A stretch of 61,351 bases of DNA, counting the filler, from Sphacelaria rigidula (Eukaryota): assembly GCA_964200075.2 (NCBI GenBank). It is 4 parts of 4 records of this genome, joined end to end, with 100 filler letters (N's around TTAATTAATTAA, not from the genome) between each part and the next. Parts side by side here need not be neighbours in the genome. Positions count along the whole stretch, not along the records: positions 15,369 to 30,634 come from CAXNAA020001833.1; positions 30,735 to 45,995 come from CAXNAA020001834.1; 2 more parts are not named here. One strand, 5' to 3'. Of this stretch, positions 23,907-35,665 are shown in pieces (position 1 is the stretch's first letter; each line of letters opens with the position of its first letter). The position numbers and the translations under genes are program-made. The notes beneath the pieces are model-generated. The model was given only the letters and a program-made list of their open reading frames with translations. It had not been told where the DNA came from and did not search any database.

Positions 23907-24469
23907 TAAAGGAGGCCTTACTTGCCTGACGGTCGGTGAGGGCCGTGCGGATCGCGTTGAGGCGTACTGACGGTGTCTGGATGTAGACGAGCTTGAAGAC
24001 TGGTTGCCAAAGCGTTTGTGGCTGCCCCGGGTTGTACGGCGACCGTTGTTGTTCTCACGGTTGGTTCCCTGTCCGCGGCGTGGTTCGGCGCCGGGTTGGT
24101 CGTCGTCGAAATTGACATCATCACGACGGTGATGAGAGGGGTGGGGTGTGATCCAGTCATCAGCATCGGCGTGTTATGGGCGGCACGCATAGCAGTGAAA
24201 AGGGCAGCGACGGCGGTCTCGTAAGTGGGGCGATTGTTCCCGGTACCAATCGTACTTTACCTCACGAATGGTACCGGGAACAATCGCCCCACTTACGAGA
24301 CCGCCGTCGCTGCCCTTTTCACTGTTACAACGGTCGCCGTACAACCCAGGGCAGCCACAAACGCTCTGGCAACCAGTCTTCAAGCTCGTCTACATCCAGA
24401 CACCGTCAGTACGCCTCAACGCGATCCGCACGGCCCTCACCGGCCGTCAGGCAAGTAACGCCTCCTTTA
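23907..24469. repeat. Near-perfect fold-back of the gag 5' region; 10-nt loop (24254-24263); 140 bp (24050-24189) present only in the left arm
   Basis: 23907-24049 pairs with 24327-24469 and 24190-24253 pairs with ~24264-24327, with few mismatches; ORFs 23918..24190(-) and 24225..24458(+) share TTVAVQP.AATNALATSLQARLHPDTVSTPQRDPHGPHRPSGK. Confidence 0.95.
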
Positions 24470-26012
24470 GCAGATGCGTCTGCTCGCCTTCTAGATCTTA
24501 CGGATAGGGATAGTGACAATTCGGCTCGCCCATTGTCTTCTACCTCAGCTCGGTCACTGCCTGACGCCACCGCAGCCAAGCAACAAGCTGCCGCTGATAA
24601 AGCCGCTTCCGATACTCGTAGAGAAGCATCTCGTGTCGCTGCAATCAAGCGTGAGTACTTACAGATGGATGTCAAGAAACTATGGCATATCAAAAACCAT
24701 GCCTGCTGCAGACAATGAAGACTCTGGTCAGTTTACATCCGCTCTCATTTCCTCAATGCGTCGAAGTATTCGCAACAACCTCGAGTTGGCCGACGCAACT
24801 GGACAACAACGTTTCGAAGACTCTGACTGGATTGATGGATGGCAAACCCCGTTACATAAGGCTTTGCAACGCTCAATCAGCCGCCGCTCCCCTGACATCG
24901 CTGCTTCCTTGACGCAGATTCACGACTCCTTCTTCCAAGCCATGGATCAAGATTGTGCCGGCGGGCAAACAGCACCGCTACTATTCGGCAATTTGGAAAT
25001 GCGTATCATAAGTTATTTTGATAAGTCCGACCAGGCCGGCGCCATCGAGCGCCTTAGCTCCTTCGCTGTGGCAACGGATGTATCCTTTGCTGACTACCTA
25101 CGCGACTTCAAGCTTTTGGTGTCTGGTGTAACTGGTACTGACCGACAGAATGGCCCTAGTGATGCTATTTGTCAGACGTATGTTCGCAATCGTATCGCTC
25201 AGCGATTTCCGACGCTGATGCCGTCTCTGTTTCCGGGAGCTCTGGCGCACAAAGAGGTGCCTTACGCCTCCGTAGACGCGATGTGGACTGCGTTTGTAGA
25301 TCAGGAACATAATTTAACGCCTGCCATTCGTGGCACACAGTGTTCTTCCGGGTCTTCGCAAACTTTGCGTGCCGCATCCACGAGTACCTCCAGGTCTTGT
25401 GGACGCACTCACTCTTTATCCAGTAATACACCCAACTCTGTCGGTGGATCAGTCATGTCTGTTCATAGCAACAAAGACCCGTTTCGAGCAAGCTTCGACG
25501 CTTGGCCTTATTCGGCAGAAACGTTTGATGACGTTCACGTCGTTCCCACGACTGCTTTCATCACAGATGACCCACATTTGTGGACCCCCTTGCTTTCGCC
25601 TTCAGCTCGCAAGGATGCTTTTCGTCGCATTGCTAACACATGCATCAACTGCAATGGTACTGGTCACAGTATGCGTGACTGCCCTGAACTTTGCATCAAT
25701 ACTTTTTCGCTCATGAACCCTAAACTTCAGAGCAACGGGCCGGCGTGGCACCAATGGCAAAAACGCATGCGCGAGTATCGTACACCATCTCGCCACCATC
25801 GCCAGTCTTACCACCATCATAGCGACTCTCGCTCAAATCGCGACCGCCGCCACACCACCACCACCGTCTCAGGTACTCGCCACAGAGATAGTTATTTCCG
25901 CCCTTCTCAGTCTTCGCATGGTCATCACCAGCGAACGGGGCCGAGTCACGACAACTCAAACCCCAGTGCCAGAAACCCTGGTTCTTTTAAGACGGATCGA
26001 AACGATCCATGA
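24264..26012 (+). mobile_element. Ty3/Gypsy-like gag (frameshifted near 24691-24698)
   Basis: 499-codon ORF with zinc knuckle CINCNGTGHSMRDC (CX2CX4HX4C) and FADYLRDFKLL capsid-like helix; upstream frame 24176..24718 overlaps it at a CAAAAACC run. Confidence 0.8.
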
Positions 26013-27461
26013 CACGCCGAAGACGGCGTTAAGTCTTCGGCGCCGCCGATAGCAGAATCGAAGACTCATCCAACACACACCGCCGCTCGGGTGACAAGAC
26101 GTTCTCACCCAAACTTTTCGACTCTATGTAGGAAATCTAAGGACGGCCGTTCTTCTCGACCCCCGTCTCTATCTTCTCACACACAGCGTAACCGCTGTGT
26201 TGACCCACCACCCAGCTCTATGCTTGGCTCCAGAATTGGTTCTCCTGAACCAAGTATAAATCTGAGGCGTGGGAAGACCGACCGCGGACCCTTGAGACAC
26301 AGGCTTCCCTCAACGACCACACGCACCGGTTGTAGCAGACGTCCTTCAACTGGTTCTGGTGTCGACGGTTTGAAACTGACCACTTCAAATCCTTCGACTC
26401 CTACCCAGCCTGATCGCAGTCGTTCTTCGCGCCACCCTTCTGCCGCGAAACTACCCCGACATACAACGGACAACACTCGTCCCCTTTCACATTTAGCAGT
26501 GCCCTTTGTACCGAGCTTGCCAGCGGCCGAGCATGCCCCGATGCTGACAACATCACCTCAACTGGACGCAGTTGCAGTTTCCCAAGAAGTCTTGGAAGTT
26601 CCCAGTCACTTGTCACGGCACGAGAGGAAGCCTCGTCGTTATGCCCCCAGAAAAGCGCGAGCATTGACACGTACCCCTCCCGCCAGCGGAAAATTCCGAC
26701 CTCGTTCTCCCCAAAAAGCGGCGACTTTGAGCTCGATGACATTGCCAGGCATCCAAGAGGAATCCGAATCGGACCTTTCAGACGGTACCGCATCCTCAAC
26801 TGATAACCCCCGTGGCACTTCGCAGCAATCTCTCTTCAACGACAACCCTTGTGTTTCCAAGCCAGTCATCTACGAGATTGATCAAAATCCTGATTCACGC
26901 TGCCCCTCACGATCGGATCACATCCCCACGCTGTCTACTGATACCTTTGAACCCCCCGCGGATCGCCCGCCATCCGCCTTCACGGTCAGTCCGACTTATC
27001 CTGATCCATTCACGTTATCTGAACATGGCCCTGATCTCGTTGGTGGTAAGGTGCCCGTTGACCCTGCCAACTTCACTATCCGCGTAGCATTACACTGCGG
27101 CCCTTACGCCACCGCGCGCGCCGAGTGCGTCTCGTTGCTAGACAGCGGTAGTCCACAGATATTCATCAAAGAATCCATGTGGAATCATATGAAGCAGACT
27201 AGCGCTGCTTCCGATGTCTGCGAAATCACCACCCAACCTCGCGTTTGGGGCGGTTTCGACGACTCCAAAACACCCTTGATGACACGAAAATCTATTCGTC
27301 TCAGTGTAAAATTTTCCCACAATGATACACGTTCGGCTAGTCTCGCAGTCTGGGCTTACATCGTCCCTGATAGCACCATGCATCATGCTCTCCTTCTTGG
27401 CAGAGACAGCTACATGCGGTTCAGAAATCTGTTCGTCGTAGCCAGATCAGGCAGTAATTGA
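26013..27461 (+). mobile_element. Retrotransposon pol 5' part: S/P-rich linker plus aspartic protease, truncated before RT
   Basis: LLDSGS catalytic motif and LLLGRD C-terminal motif of retropepsins; same frame as gag after a single TGA; no RT or integrase motifs follow. Confidence 0.82.
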
Positions 27462-28130
27462 TCAATTTAAGACTTACCACACATTTCTCCGGAAATCTAG
27501 CGTCGGATTTTTGTTTCCAGCAACCTTGTTTCGGAGAAGTTGGGGGGGAAGGTGGGGGGACATTCTGGAAGACTTGAACAAACATGTGGGTCCGACTTCT
27601 TCACGGCTCCCTTCTTGGATTTCCCTGTCAGCCCTCCTGAGCGCTGTCCTGTCCTCAATTAACCCTCTAGCCGCATCCAGCTGTTGTGTGGAAACCATGA
27701 AAAAAGTCTGAAAAAAAACGACGTGAATAAAACCCCTCAGCCCAACTCTAATGGGAGCCGCTCAAAAATTGACTTTTCAAAAAATTCAAATGCGTTTTTT
27801 TGCTGCCACAATTCTGAACCGGGACCAAAACAAACCACACCCACCATTACGGCATAAATTTGGAGTTGTATACGAATGTTGAAGTTGGCGTGGCCTAGGA
27901 GGTCTAGGAGGTGTGCATCTCTACAACAGCACCCCAAAAACATACATAACATGAGGCGGAATTTTGACGAAACAAGAAAAGTGAGAATCATTTCGTGATA
28001 TAGTGATAGTGACGTGACGGTTCACAAAATTCACATTCACGGAAAATTACAAGTCGTTCCAATGTAGGGGAAAAGACGAGTGATGCAATGACGGTAACAG
28101 CACACGAATAGACCAGCAACTTCAGGCAGT

Positions 28131-28390
28131 GCGGCAATCACGCGCAAGGGTGTATGGGCATTGTCGCCGGTCGAAACGCGGGCGGCCTCTTGCTCGAGAA
28201 GGAGAAAAGGTAATAGCAGCGGCAGCAGCAGCGGCAGCATCTTTACCACCGGTGGATTGATACGGCTGTGGGTGGGTCTGAATCAGCCGGTGCCGATACT
28301 GCTGCTGCTGCTGCTGCTCTTTGTCTTGCGGGAAAGGGCCCGCGTTTCGATCGTGCCACAACGCCCACGCACCTCGCGCGTGATAGCCGC
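28131..28390. repeat. Imperfect fold-back with CAG/CTG arms
   Basis: GCGGCAATCACGCGC..TCGAAACGCGGGC..(GCA)n pairs with (TGC)n..GCCCGCGTTTCGA..GCGCGTGATAGCCGC. Confidence 0.8.
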
Positions 28391-29046
28391 CGTGCTGGAA
28401 AGCGCTAGTCCGTACTTCCCGCTGACGGGTCCATGCTCCCTCACTCGGCTAAATTCTGAGAGAGATAGCAGTGCGAAGCCCTCTGTGGGAGCTGTGCAAG
28501 TCGAGTGTGTCTCACACGCGTTGTTACTGCTGGTCATGGGAATAAAGCCAACGCCCCTTACAGGGAAAACAAGTGATACGTACTTGAAGCGCAGTGGGGG
28601 TGACAACCACAATCAATTCAAAGGAGGGAGGCAATAACGCGCCAGGTGATGGATATTGTTGCGGGTCAAAATACGGACCGTCTACCGCACGGAAAGGAGA
28701 AAAAGCATGAGCAGCAGCAGCAGCAGCAACAGCATCTTTACTGCCAGTAGATGTGTACGGCTGGGAGTGGGTCTAAGTCAGCCCGTGCCAATACTGCTGC
28801 TGCTGCTGCTACTGCTCTTTCTCGTGCGAGAGACGGTCCGCGTTTCGATCGTGCCACAACGCCCACGCACCTTGCGCGCGATAGCCGCCGTGCTGGAAAG
28901 CGCCAGTCCGTACTACCCGCCGATGGGTCCATGCTTGCTCACTCGGCGAGGTGCTGGGAGATGTAGCTGTGCGAATTGCTTTGGGGGAGCTGTGCACGTG
29001 GAGTGTGTCTCACGCGTGGCTACTGCTGGTGATGGGATTAAAGCCA
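28197..29046. repeat. Diverged ~350-bp direct duplication (28197-28549 vs 28690-29046)
   Basis: ORFs 28161..28637 and 28656..29243 translate alike (VGL.QPVPILLLLLLLF..RE..RVSIVPQRPRT...IAAVLESASPY). Confidence 0.85.
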
Positions 29047-29795
29047 GCGTGGCTACTGCTAGCGATGGAAACCAGCTGTGCGCCCATGAACAGTCACGTG
29101 AATTTTATACTTCGTGTCAACAGCATTGCATTTTCAACTTCGACAAGACAGTACTCCCTGCCAACTGCATTCGTTCGAAATGCAATAGTAGTACAGCAGC
29201 TCGGGTAATCCAGCAGAGACCAGACAGGTTTGGCAAGATTTAAATACACGATTGTGCAATGACAGGTGCAGCACATGAGAGAGTCGTCTGCGTGCGCTGC
29301 TGTACAACAAAACATGACATGTCCCTTTTCACTTCTTGTGCCACCTTTGAAACAGGTCCTCAAGCCTTTAGAATCGTCCCCCAATTCTGAGCGCTTGGTC
29401 AAAATGTTGCAATTTTTGGGGTCCGTTCAGAATTTTGGGGGTCTAAATCTTGACGGTTTTGTTTCATAATGGTCACTTTTGTGACCATCTGTTGAAAAAA
29501 AAGGAAAAATAAAATCTGAACGGCTCCCTTTAGAGTAGGTCTTAGAGTTGGCCTAAGAAGTGGTTTTTTGGGCTGTTATCAGAAAACGCATTATTTATTC
29601 ATACCGTTTTTTTGCAATTAAGATGCAAAAAAGCACCGCACCAACTAGCCTTCCAACAGGGGGCACACAAGATGATGACATGTACAAACGAGTAAACGAG
29701 ACCATCGGGCGGGGATATGAACGCGCATCGGCGTGGAGTGGTATGATCACGGCACAGTATACTACTGCATCAGAGTCATGCTCTGATAGGGGGGG

Positions 29796-30634
29796 CGTAC
29801 TCATTCGTTGCTTGCTTTAGTCGTTTGGCCATTGACCACGCATCCCTTTCGAGACGGAGCGCTCTTCCCCCTCCAAATAGAGACACCTTCAACATTCCGG
29901 CGCTCATCACGCTCCTTCTCTACACTACACGAAAACATTTCACATATCTTATCCCCGTCCTGTTTCGCTGTCTGTGACCACCATCTATCTCCTAGTATAG
30001 CCATCGTTTTCTCCCTACTGTCTAACGCATCAAACAATTCCATGCCATCTTTGTTTCCATCCCGCATTTTTCTCTCTAGCACGTCCTGTTGCTCCTTGTA
30101 TAGTTCACATTCTGCCACTACATGAGTTCTGCTCTCTATTGCTTTGCCACAGGGGCAATTCTGTGCATCTACGTCCATCTCTCGAATACTGGTATTTCTC
30201 TTTATTTTTTCTGGCAGGTCCAGGTCCCCCACCCGAAACCGCAATTTCATATTTTTCGCAGCGTCCATTGGGCCATGCAGATATGTTTACATTCCGATCC
30301 CCTCTCTCGACCACCCGTATATCTTCAGGTGTTCTTCCTCGTCTACGTTTCGCTGAGCGCTCCTTATTCTCTTATTTCGATCATGTCTCTTACTTTTGTC
30401 TTGTACCCCGCGCCTTCACCTATGGACAGTATTTCGTCTTGGTTTCCTCCTATCGCCTTCCATACTTTCTCGACTTCTCTACCCCATCTCATTCCAGCGT
30501 TCCCATTCGTACTTTTGTTCCATACAGCCTCATTAACTATAGCTGGCAAACTCTTTCTCCGCATATTCTTTACGCTATACTGCCATCGCAATTTCCTCAT
30601 GTCTCTGTTTGTTTCAAGTGAGTACATTCCCAAC
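29796..30634 (-). mobile_element. Non-LTR retrotransposon (LINE) ORF2 C-terminus, family 1, decayed; cut by scaffold end
   Basis: Post-RT region with knuckle CPCGKAIESRTHVVAEC, KLRFRVGDLDL and ILGDRWW; stop codon ~5 nt from the element end, then a C-run; internal stops. Confidence 0.85.
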
Positions 30635-30734
30635 NNNNNNNNNNNNNNNNNNNNNNNNNNNNNNNNNNNNNNNNNNNNTTAATTAATTAANNNNNNNNNN
30701 NNNNNNNNNNNNNNNNNNNNNNNNNNNNNNNNNN
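30635..30734. other. Artificial scaffold spacer
   Basis: 44 N + TTAATTAATTAA + 44 N. Confidence 0.97.
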
Positions 30735-33391
30735 CCTTCTTCGCTTCTCTCTCCCTCGAACCCACATGAGCATACTCTGCAAAGCCGGCGGATGAGGGTG
30801 TTTCACCCAAATAGTGCGGTTGACAACTCACCATTGCTGAGTAGTCGCGGCCTGTTGCCACGGCAAACTGCCTTTCCTGGAGCCTGTCGGTTTCTTCTTG
30901 AGTTCAGGATTAGACGTCAGTCTACCGTTTTTGTCAGACTATCATTTTCTGCCGTTTGCATCTCTCCTTCCTTTTTGCGGCTACCCCTTTCCCTCGAAGG
31001 ACATCATTTTAGCAGTTGCTACCTAACCGGTAGACTATGAAGAATTCGGGCGCATTTGTTGGAGAAGGAAAAATATCAGTAGAGAAACGTCCGCAAGTGG
31101 CCGCCGTGGACATGGATGTTGCGCTGCGGAAAAGAGTAACCCATGCTCGACGATTGCGAAGGCCATTGCGCAAGAAATGGTACTGGAACACTCTTGCCTA
31201 AGCCGCGGTCACTCAATGTTTTCTTGAAACAGTTACGCGTTATGGTCGGAGTCAGCCCCTGTTTCAGTAGCACCAGTGGCAATGGGGTATGTATGTCCCA
31301 TTGTCTGGTCTTGTTTTTCGTGTCGCATACACCACATGCTCGAAATACCAGGACCGGAGCAAAAAACTAGCATGTCTGAAATTAGATCGTGCACGTTCAC
31401 TTGGTTTTATGTGGAAATAGCCTGCATCATTCGCTGCAAGTCGGTGACATGGATGCTAGGGATGGGCCTCTCGGGAAGGAAGTGAGAACTACTAGTAAAC
31501 AGCACTGCTCGTTCCCCCGGCCTGCTAAAAGCTTACCTTCGCAGCAGGTTTTGTGTAGGGGTACGGCCAGCGGTTTTTTCATCAATGAAGTGTCATGTCC
31601 CGTGAACGAGATCGTTCCAATATGTAGCTGAAATGTTTGTGCGTGCATGTAAAAGACCAAGCCTAGAATGTAAGTGACGTCTGTTGCATGCACCAATCAT
31701 GAACCAAAGTACCCGGAGCAACACTCGGCACATCTTGAACCCGGTGTTGGAGCACAAAAAGTATATCCAGGTAGCACCGAGCAAGAGCATCGGAGATAGA
31801 GATAACATTTTGAAGTCATGAGCTACGAATGCATCGGTGTGCGGTGTGTGCGATACGGGCGCGTCCTTGGTGATGGTGGGAACGTACATTGAGTTTGCCC
31901 AGGGTCACCAAGGAGTTTCCGTCGTTATGAGTGCTGCGGACCGCCCTTTTCGCAATAACATCGCCGTGGGTTCGGAGTTCCGAGGAGGGGTGGACCGTGG
32001 ATGATCGCCGAAACATTCGCGTCATGAGCGCTACCGAGCGTACACCAAGTATGTACGGTATCAGCGAGTGAAACTTGTCGTTACTACAGGGGTTCTCCTG
32101 CAGAGACGAACGGGAACCCAAACCCCGAAACCTCAGTCAAGCCCCGCCTACCGGCCTTTGTGGGCATGCCTATCTAGCCGATCCACGTGAACAGATACTC
32201 ACAGATCTTGCGTACAAAAAGTCGGTATTGTTCTACTACTGTTGGATGTGCAGCACGAAGCTGCCACCTACTACTTCATTCAAAACAGCGATGGGGTTAG
32301 GTTTGAGGTGTGGCAGTTGGTGGCAACTGCCGATAATATTCTTGAGAGTTTATTTGTTGTTCGAGTCCACTCGTGAGTGTCTTGCTCAAGACTTTGACCA
32401 GGTTCGAGTTCGGGCTGTGGTGATGCCGGTAGGCTCGGTGCACTGAGAGTGAGTGATTCGCCAAGGAAATGACTCGAGATAGAAATCAATATGAACTGGC
32501 CCGGTGTGAGTACGGGTTCATGGTTTTGATATCACGTGGCACGCGTGTTCACACGTAGCACTTCATAGTAGTTTGTCGCGATGTCGCTCGTCATGCAGTA
32601 ACGATCACGCTGAAAGAGATCTCTTGATTGTTCCTTGATTTTGGCCCCGAATGGTTGAGATGTGCGCGATCCGCAACGGTTGTCGCTGAAATTGATTCCG
32701 AAGATGGAGTTATTCAGAGCGGTCATCGACAGCTTTCTAACTTTGTAGCTAAGACCCGTGTCCTTGAGCTATTGACCCCCGAGCTTCCGATGTACCAGGT
32801 ACGGGACAGAGGCCATCCTCGAAGGGCTCGGGTCCTACCTTCACACCAATACGCGTTAGCCCGGAAACGTCGCAACGGGCATTTGCGGCACAATACAGAA
32901 CGCATTGTTTGTGTATTCGTTCTCAAGAAAAACAGTTTCCTTTAAACACGCATTTCACCATACGTTGACTGAAAGGGCCTCAGTGTCTTGATTTGATATA
33001 ATGCATCTAATGCGGACCGCTCCGGCAAAATTTTTCGAGTTGTTGCGTCGCAGTCATCATGCGATATTCGCAAAGCGGACAGGTTCCGGCGTGTGCGTAA
33101 ATATTGAAATATTTGAGGACGAGCATGTACATCCTTCTGTGAAAACACAGAGCGGAAAGCGCGCAATCATGCGCGGTGCCGTACGTCTAGAACTATTGTG
33201 TGCACTGGTAAGGGGTAGCCCGGGCTGATAACCAAGCTACGGCAGCGGGCGTTAGGTATCTCGCGCAGAGTTTCCCGATGTCTGACTCTACCGCTTTTGT
33301 GACACCACGTGTTTTGTTGGCGTCTCAAATCTCAAGCAACCTCGATCTAGATCTCCAGTGCATGCACGGTACGGCCGGCCCCTCTGCACAG

Positions 33392-33571
33392 GTTCCCCCG
33401 AGACGGATCGCGCAGCGCTGCTTGACCTCTACAACGAGACCGGCGGCCCATATTGGAAAAACAATCGTGGGTGGCAGGACAATGATCTGGACCTCAGGAA
33501 CTGGTACGGTGTCACCACCGATTCAGACGGCAGGGTGGTAAAGTTGGAGCTCTTCGGCAACAATCTCCGAG
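33392..33571 (+). CDS. Leucine-rich repeat protein, N-cap exon ((G)SPETDRAALLDLYNETGGPYWKNNRGW...WYGVTTDSDGRVVKLELFGNNLR(G))
   Basis: CAG acceptor 33389-33391, GTAATG donor, 180 nt, phase 1-1; DR.AL..LY..TGG..W....GW...W.GV...GRV..L.L..NNL.G cap typical of brown-algal LRR/ROCO proteins. Confidence 0.88.
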
Positions 33572-34355
33572 GTAATGGGCGCGCGTTTCCAAAATACATC
33601 CCCTGCCGTTTGAGACATGCTGCGAAATCGACACTCGGTTGATGAATGACGTGACTAGTACCGTTGTAGAGCGCAGATATGCATCCATCCGATTCGAGTC
33701 TCCACGAGTTTTCGTTGAGCTTCATTGAGATGAATCACGTTCGCGTCGAATGAGTTGAGACAACACCTGGAATGGACTTTCCGTGTAGCCAAGGTTTTGA
33801 ACTGAACTTTTTCAACGAGCGCGCAATGCCCATTCCGTTGAGCGTGAGACAGGGGGATGTTTTGGTCGTTTGCAATCGTTATTCGTTGTCGTTGGCGTGA
33901 TGAGATCGTCTGAGTTGACATCGGAGTACGTGGGCTTATTGCTGGAGTATCGCTTATAGTTAGATGGTTCGACAGCACTTGAGATCAACTGTTAATTTTA
34001 GAGTTTCAGATATGATGGTGAGCACGCTTGTGCACACGAATCATACGCGTCACCGATTGCCGAAAAGCAGTGAAACGAGCTGAGTCGCGGTCTGTGTTCG
34101 GGGAAGCGTTGGGATGAACTATTCCTAAAACCTGTCACAGGCCGGAACATTAGCATCAAATGAAGACGCTTCTCGATGCCGACACATGATCAAGGTTGTG
34201 TTTATTACACCTATTTGGCTCATCGCCACCATCAATGTGTGCAACTGGTTGTGGAGGTGCGTTATTTTTTGTTCACTCTCTATCCTCCTTCCCACCCTTC
34301 CTCGGGACGAGCCCATGGTCAAAACAGAACCCATCGTCCCCCCCCCCACTACACG

Positions 34356-34452
34356 AGCCTCGTCCGGCGAAAACCCGGCGTGCTGCGTCCCGGCTTTGTA
34401 GGGGTGCGAGGTCAATGGTCTTATGACTACGGCATGCATGAACATGAGTACA
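34356..34452 (+). mobile_element. 97-bp LINE 3' stub (family 2) with 17-bp TSD
   Basis: Flanked by CCCCCCCCCACTACACG at 34339-34355 and 34453-34469; encodes GCEVNGLMTTA. Confidence 0.85.
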
Positions 34453-35028
34453 CCCCCCCCCACTACACGCCTTACATTTTCGTATCGCGGGTAGGGTCAG
34501 CTCGTCTGCGCACAGCGTCAACTTTCGTCATTCAAACGTAGTTAACTAATTTTTGTCTAACCACGTGCTTGCGCTTCCGACGGTGGAAATCATCCACTTT
34601 GAAGAAATGAACCGACGCATCTGGCGGATAACTAAGCCACATTCTCTCCGATAGTCGAAGCACTAGACCACTAGGGCGCGCGATGGAGATGAGAGGGAGA
34701 TGTCGTACATTTCTAGTGGGTAATTTGAACTTCGTGATGTTCTCAAATTTCGATTTCGTATTGCTCGACCGCCTTTTTTTCCCCTACCGCTCTGTGTGGT
34801 GTTCCGTTTATTGCTCGAGAATGATGGGCTTATTCGAGACAAGCGGGTAATTCCAGATATCGGGAAAAGCAGACAGTAACACAAAACCGGAAGAAAAGAG
34901 ACTGGCTCTGCCCAGCTGCGACCTCGTGGCAGTGGATACGCCAGCTCTCGGGCGAACCCTTCACCTCTGTCTTTGAGTATTTCTGCCCCCCCCTTTGCGG
35001 AGGTGGTCAGCACTTTCCTTCCGGAATC

Positions 35029-35352
35029 CTATTTAAACAAACAAAAAAGAGGTACACACAAGACCAACCCAGGGAAAAGGTAATTGAACAAGAAGGGACC
35101 AATCACCATACCCTGGTTCCACCCTCTCTGGAGTAGTTCGTCGGTGGACTGACTGTCGTGCACACCCAAGTGACTGCTGCCTTTTCTCAACACTTGGAGA
35201 TGTGGAGTGCTTTCGGCTTGGTTGTTGAACACAACCGAGGACGTGGGGGGAAAGTGAGGGGTAGTTTCACTCTCCCGTCTTGACCGCTCCGACGATTGGC
35301 CATCCGCCAACGAAAAACCTCTATTATAATCAGTCATCATCCGCCAGCACAC
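35029..35352 (-). mobile_element. Possible decayed LINE reverse transcriptase fragment
   Basis: QRGWNQGMVIGPFLFN resembles the RT motif GVPQGSVLGPLLFN; no YADD seen. Confidence 0.35.
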
Positions 35353-35437
35353 ATGTTGAATTTACACGAAATCGTACGTACCATTTGGCTGTCGTGCATT
35401 GTATGGACACCGAACAGGGCAGAAAATGGATTTTTTT

Positions 35438-35665
35438 CTAGCCCTCAGCCGCCGAAAAGTAGGTCATGACAGAGTACGTAGTGTTTGCTACAACGCATCT
35501 TTGATTTGTCACACCTGTTATTCGAGAAATCCCGGAACGCACATGTGGGCACCAGAGTCCTGAACCTTTCCGACCGTATGCGAAGACGGAGTCTCGTCGG
35601 AGTGGAATACAGACAATTTCTTTGTATAACCACTCCTTGCTCCACGAGCATTTGTCCTGTTTGAC
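35438..35665. repeat. Dispersed repeat, diverged copy at 45667-45902
   Basis: Shared TAGCCCTCA.CCGCCGA, CACATGTGGGCA and CCTTGCTCCAC.AGCA.TTGTCCTGTTTGACA. Confidence 0.75.

Noticed and set aside
30735-33300. Candidate upstream exons of the LRR gene
   Set aside because: Several AG/GT-bounded segments exist, but none gives a recognisable, phase-compatible peptide by eye.
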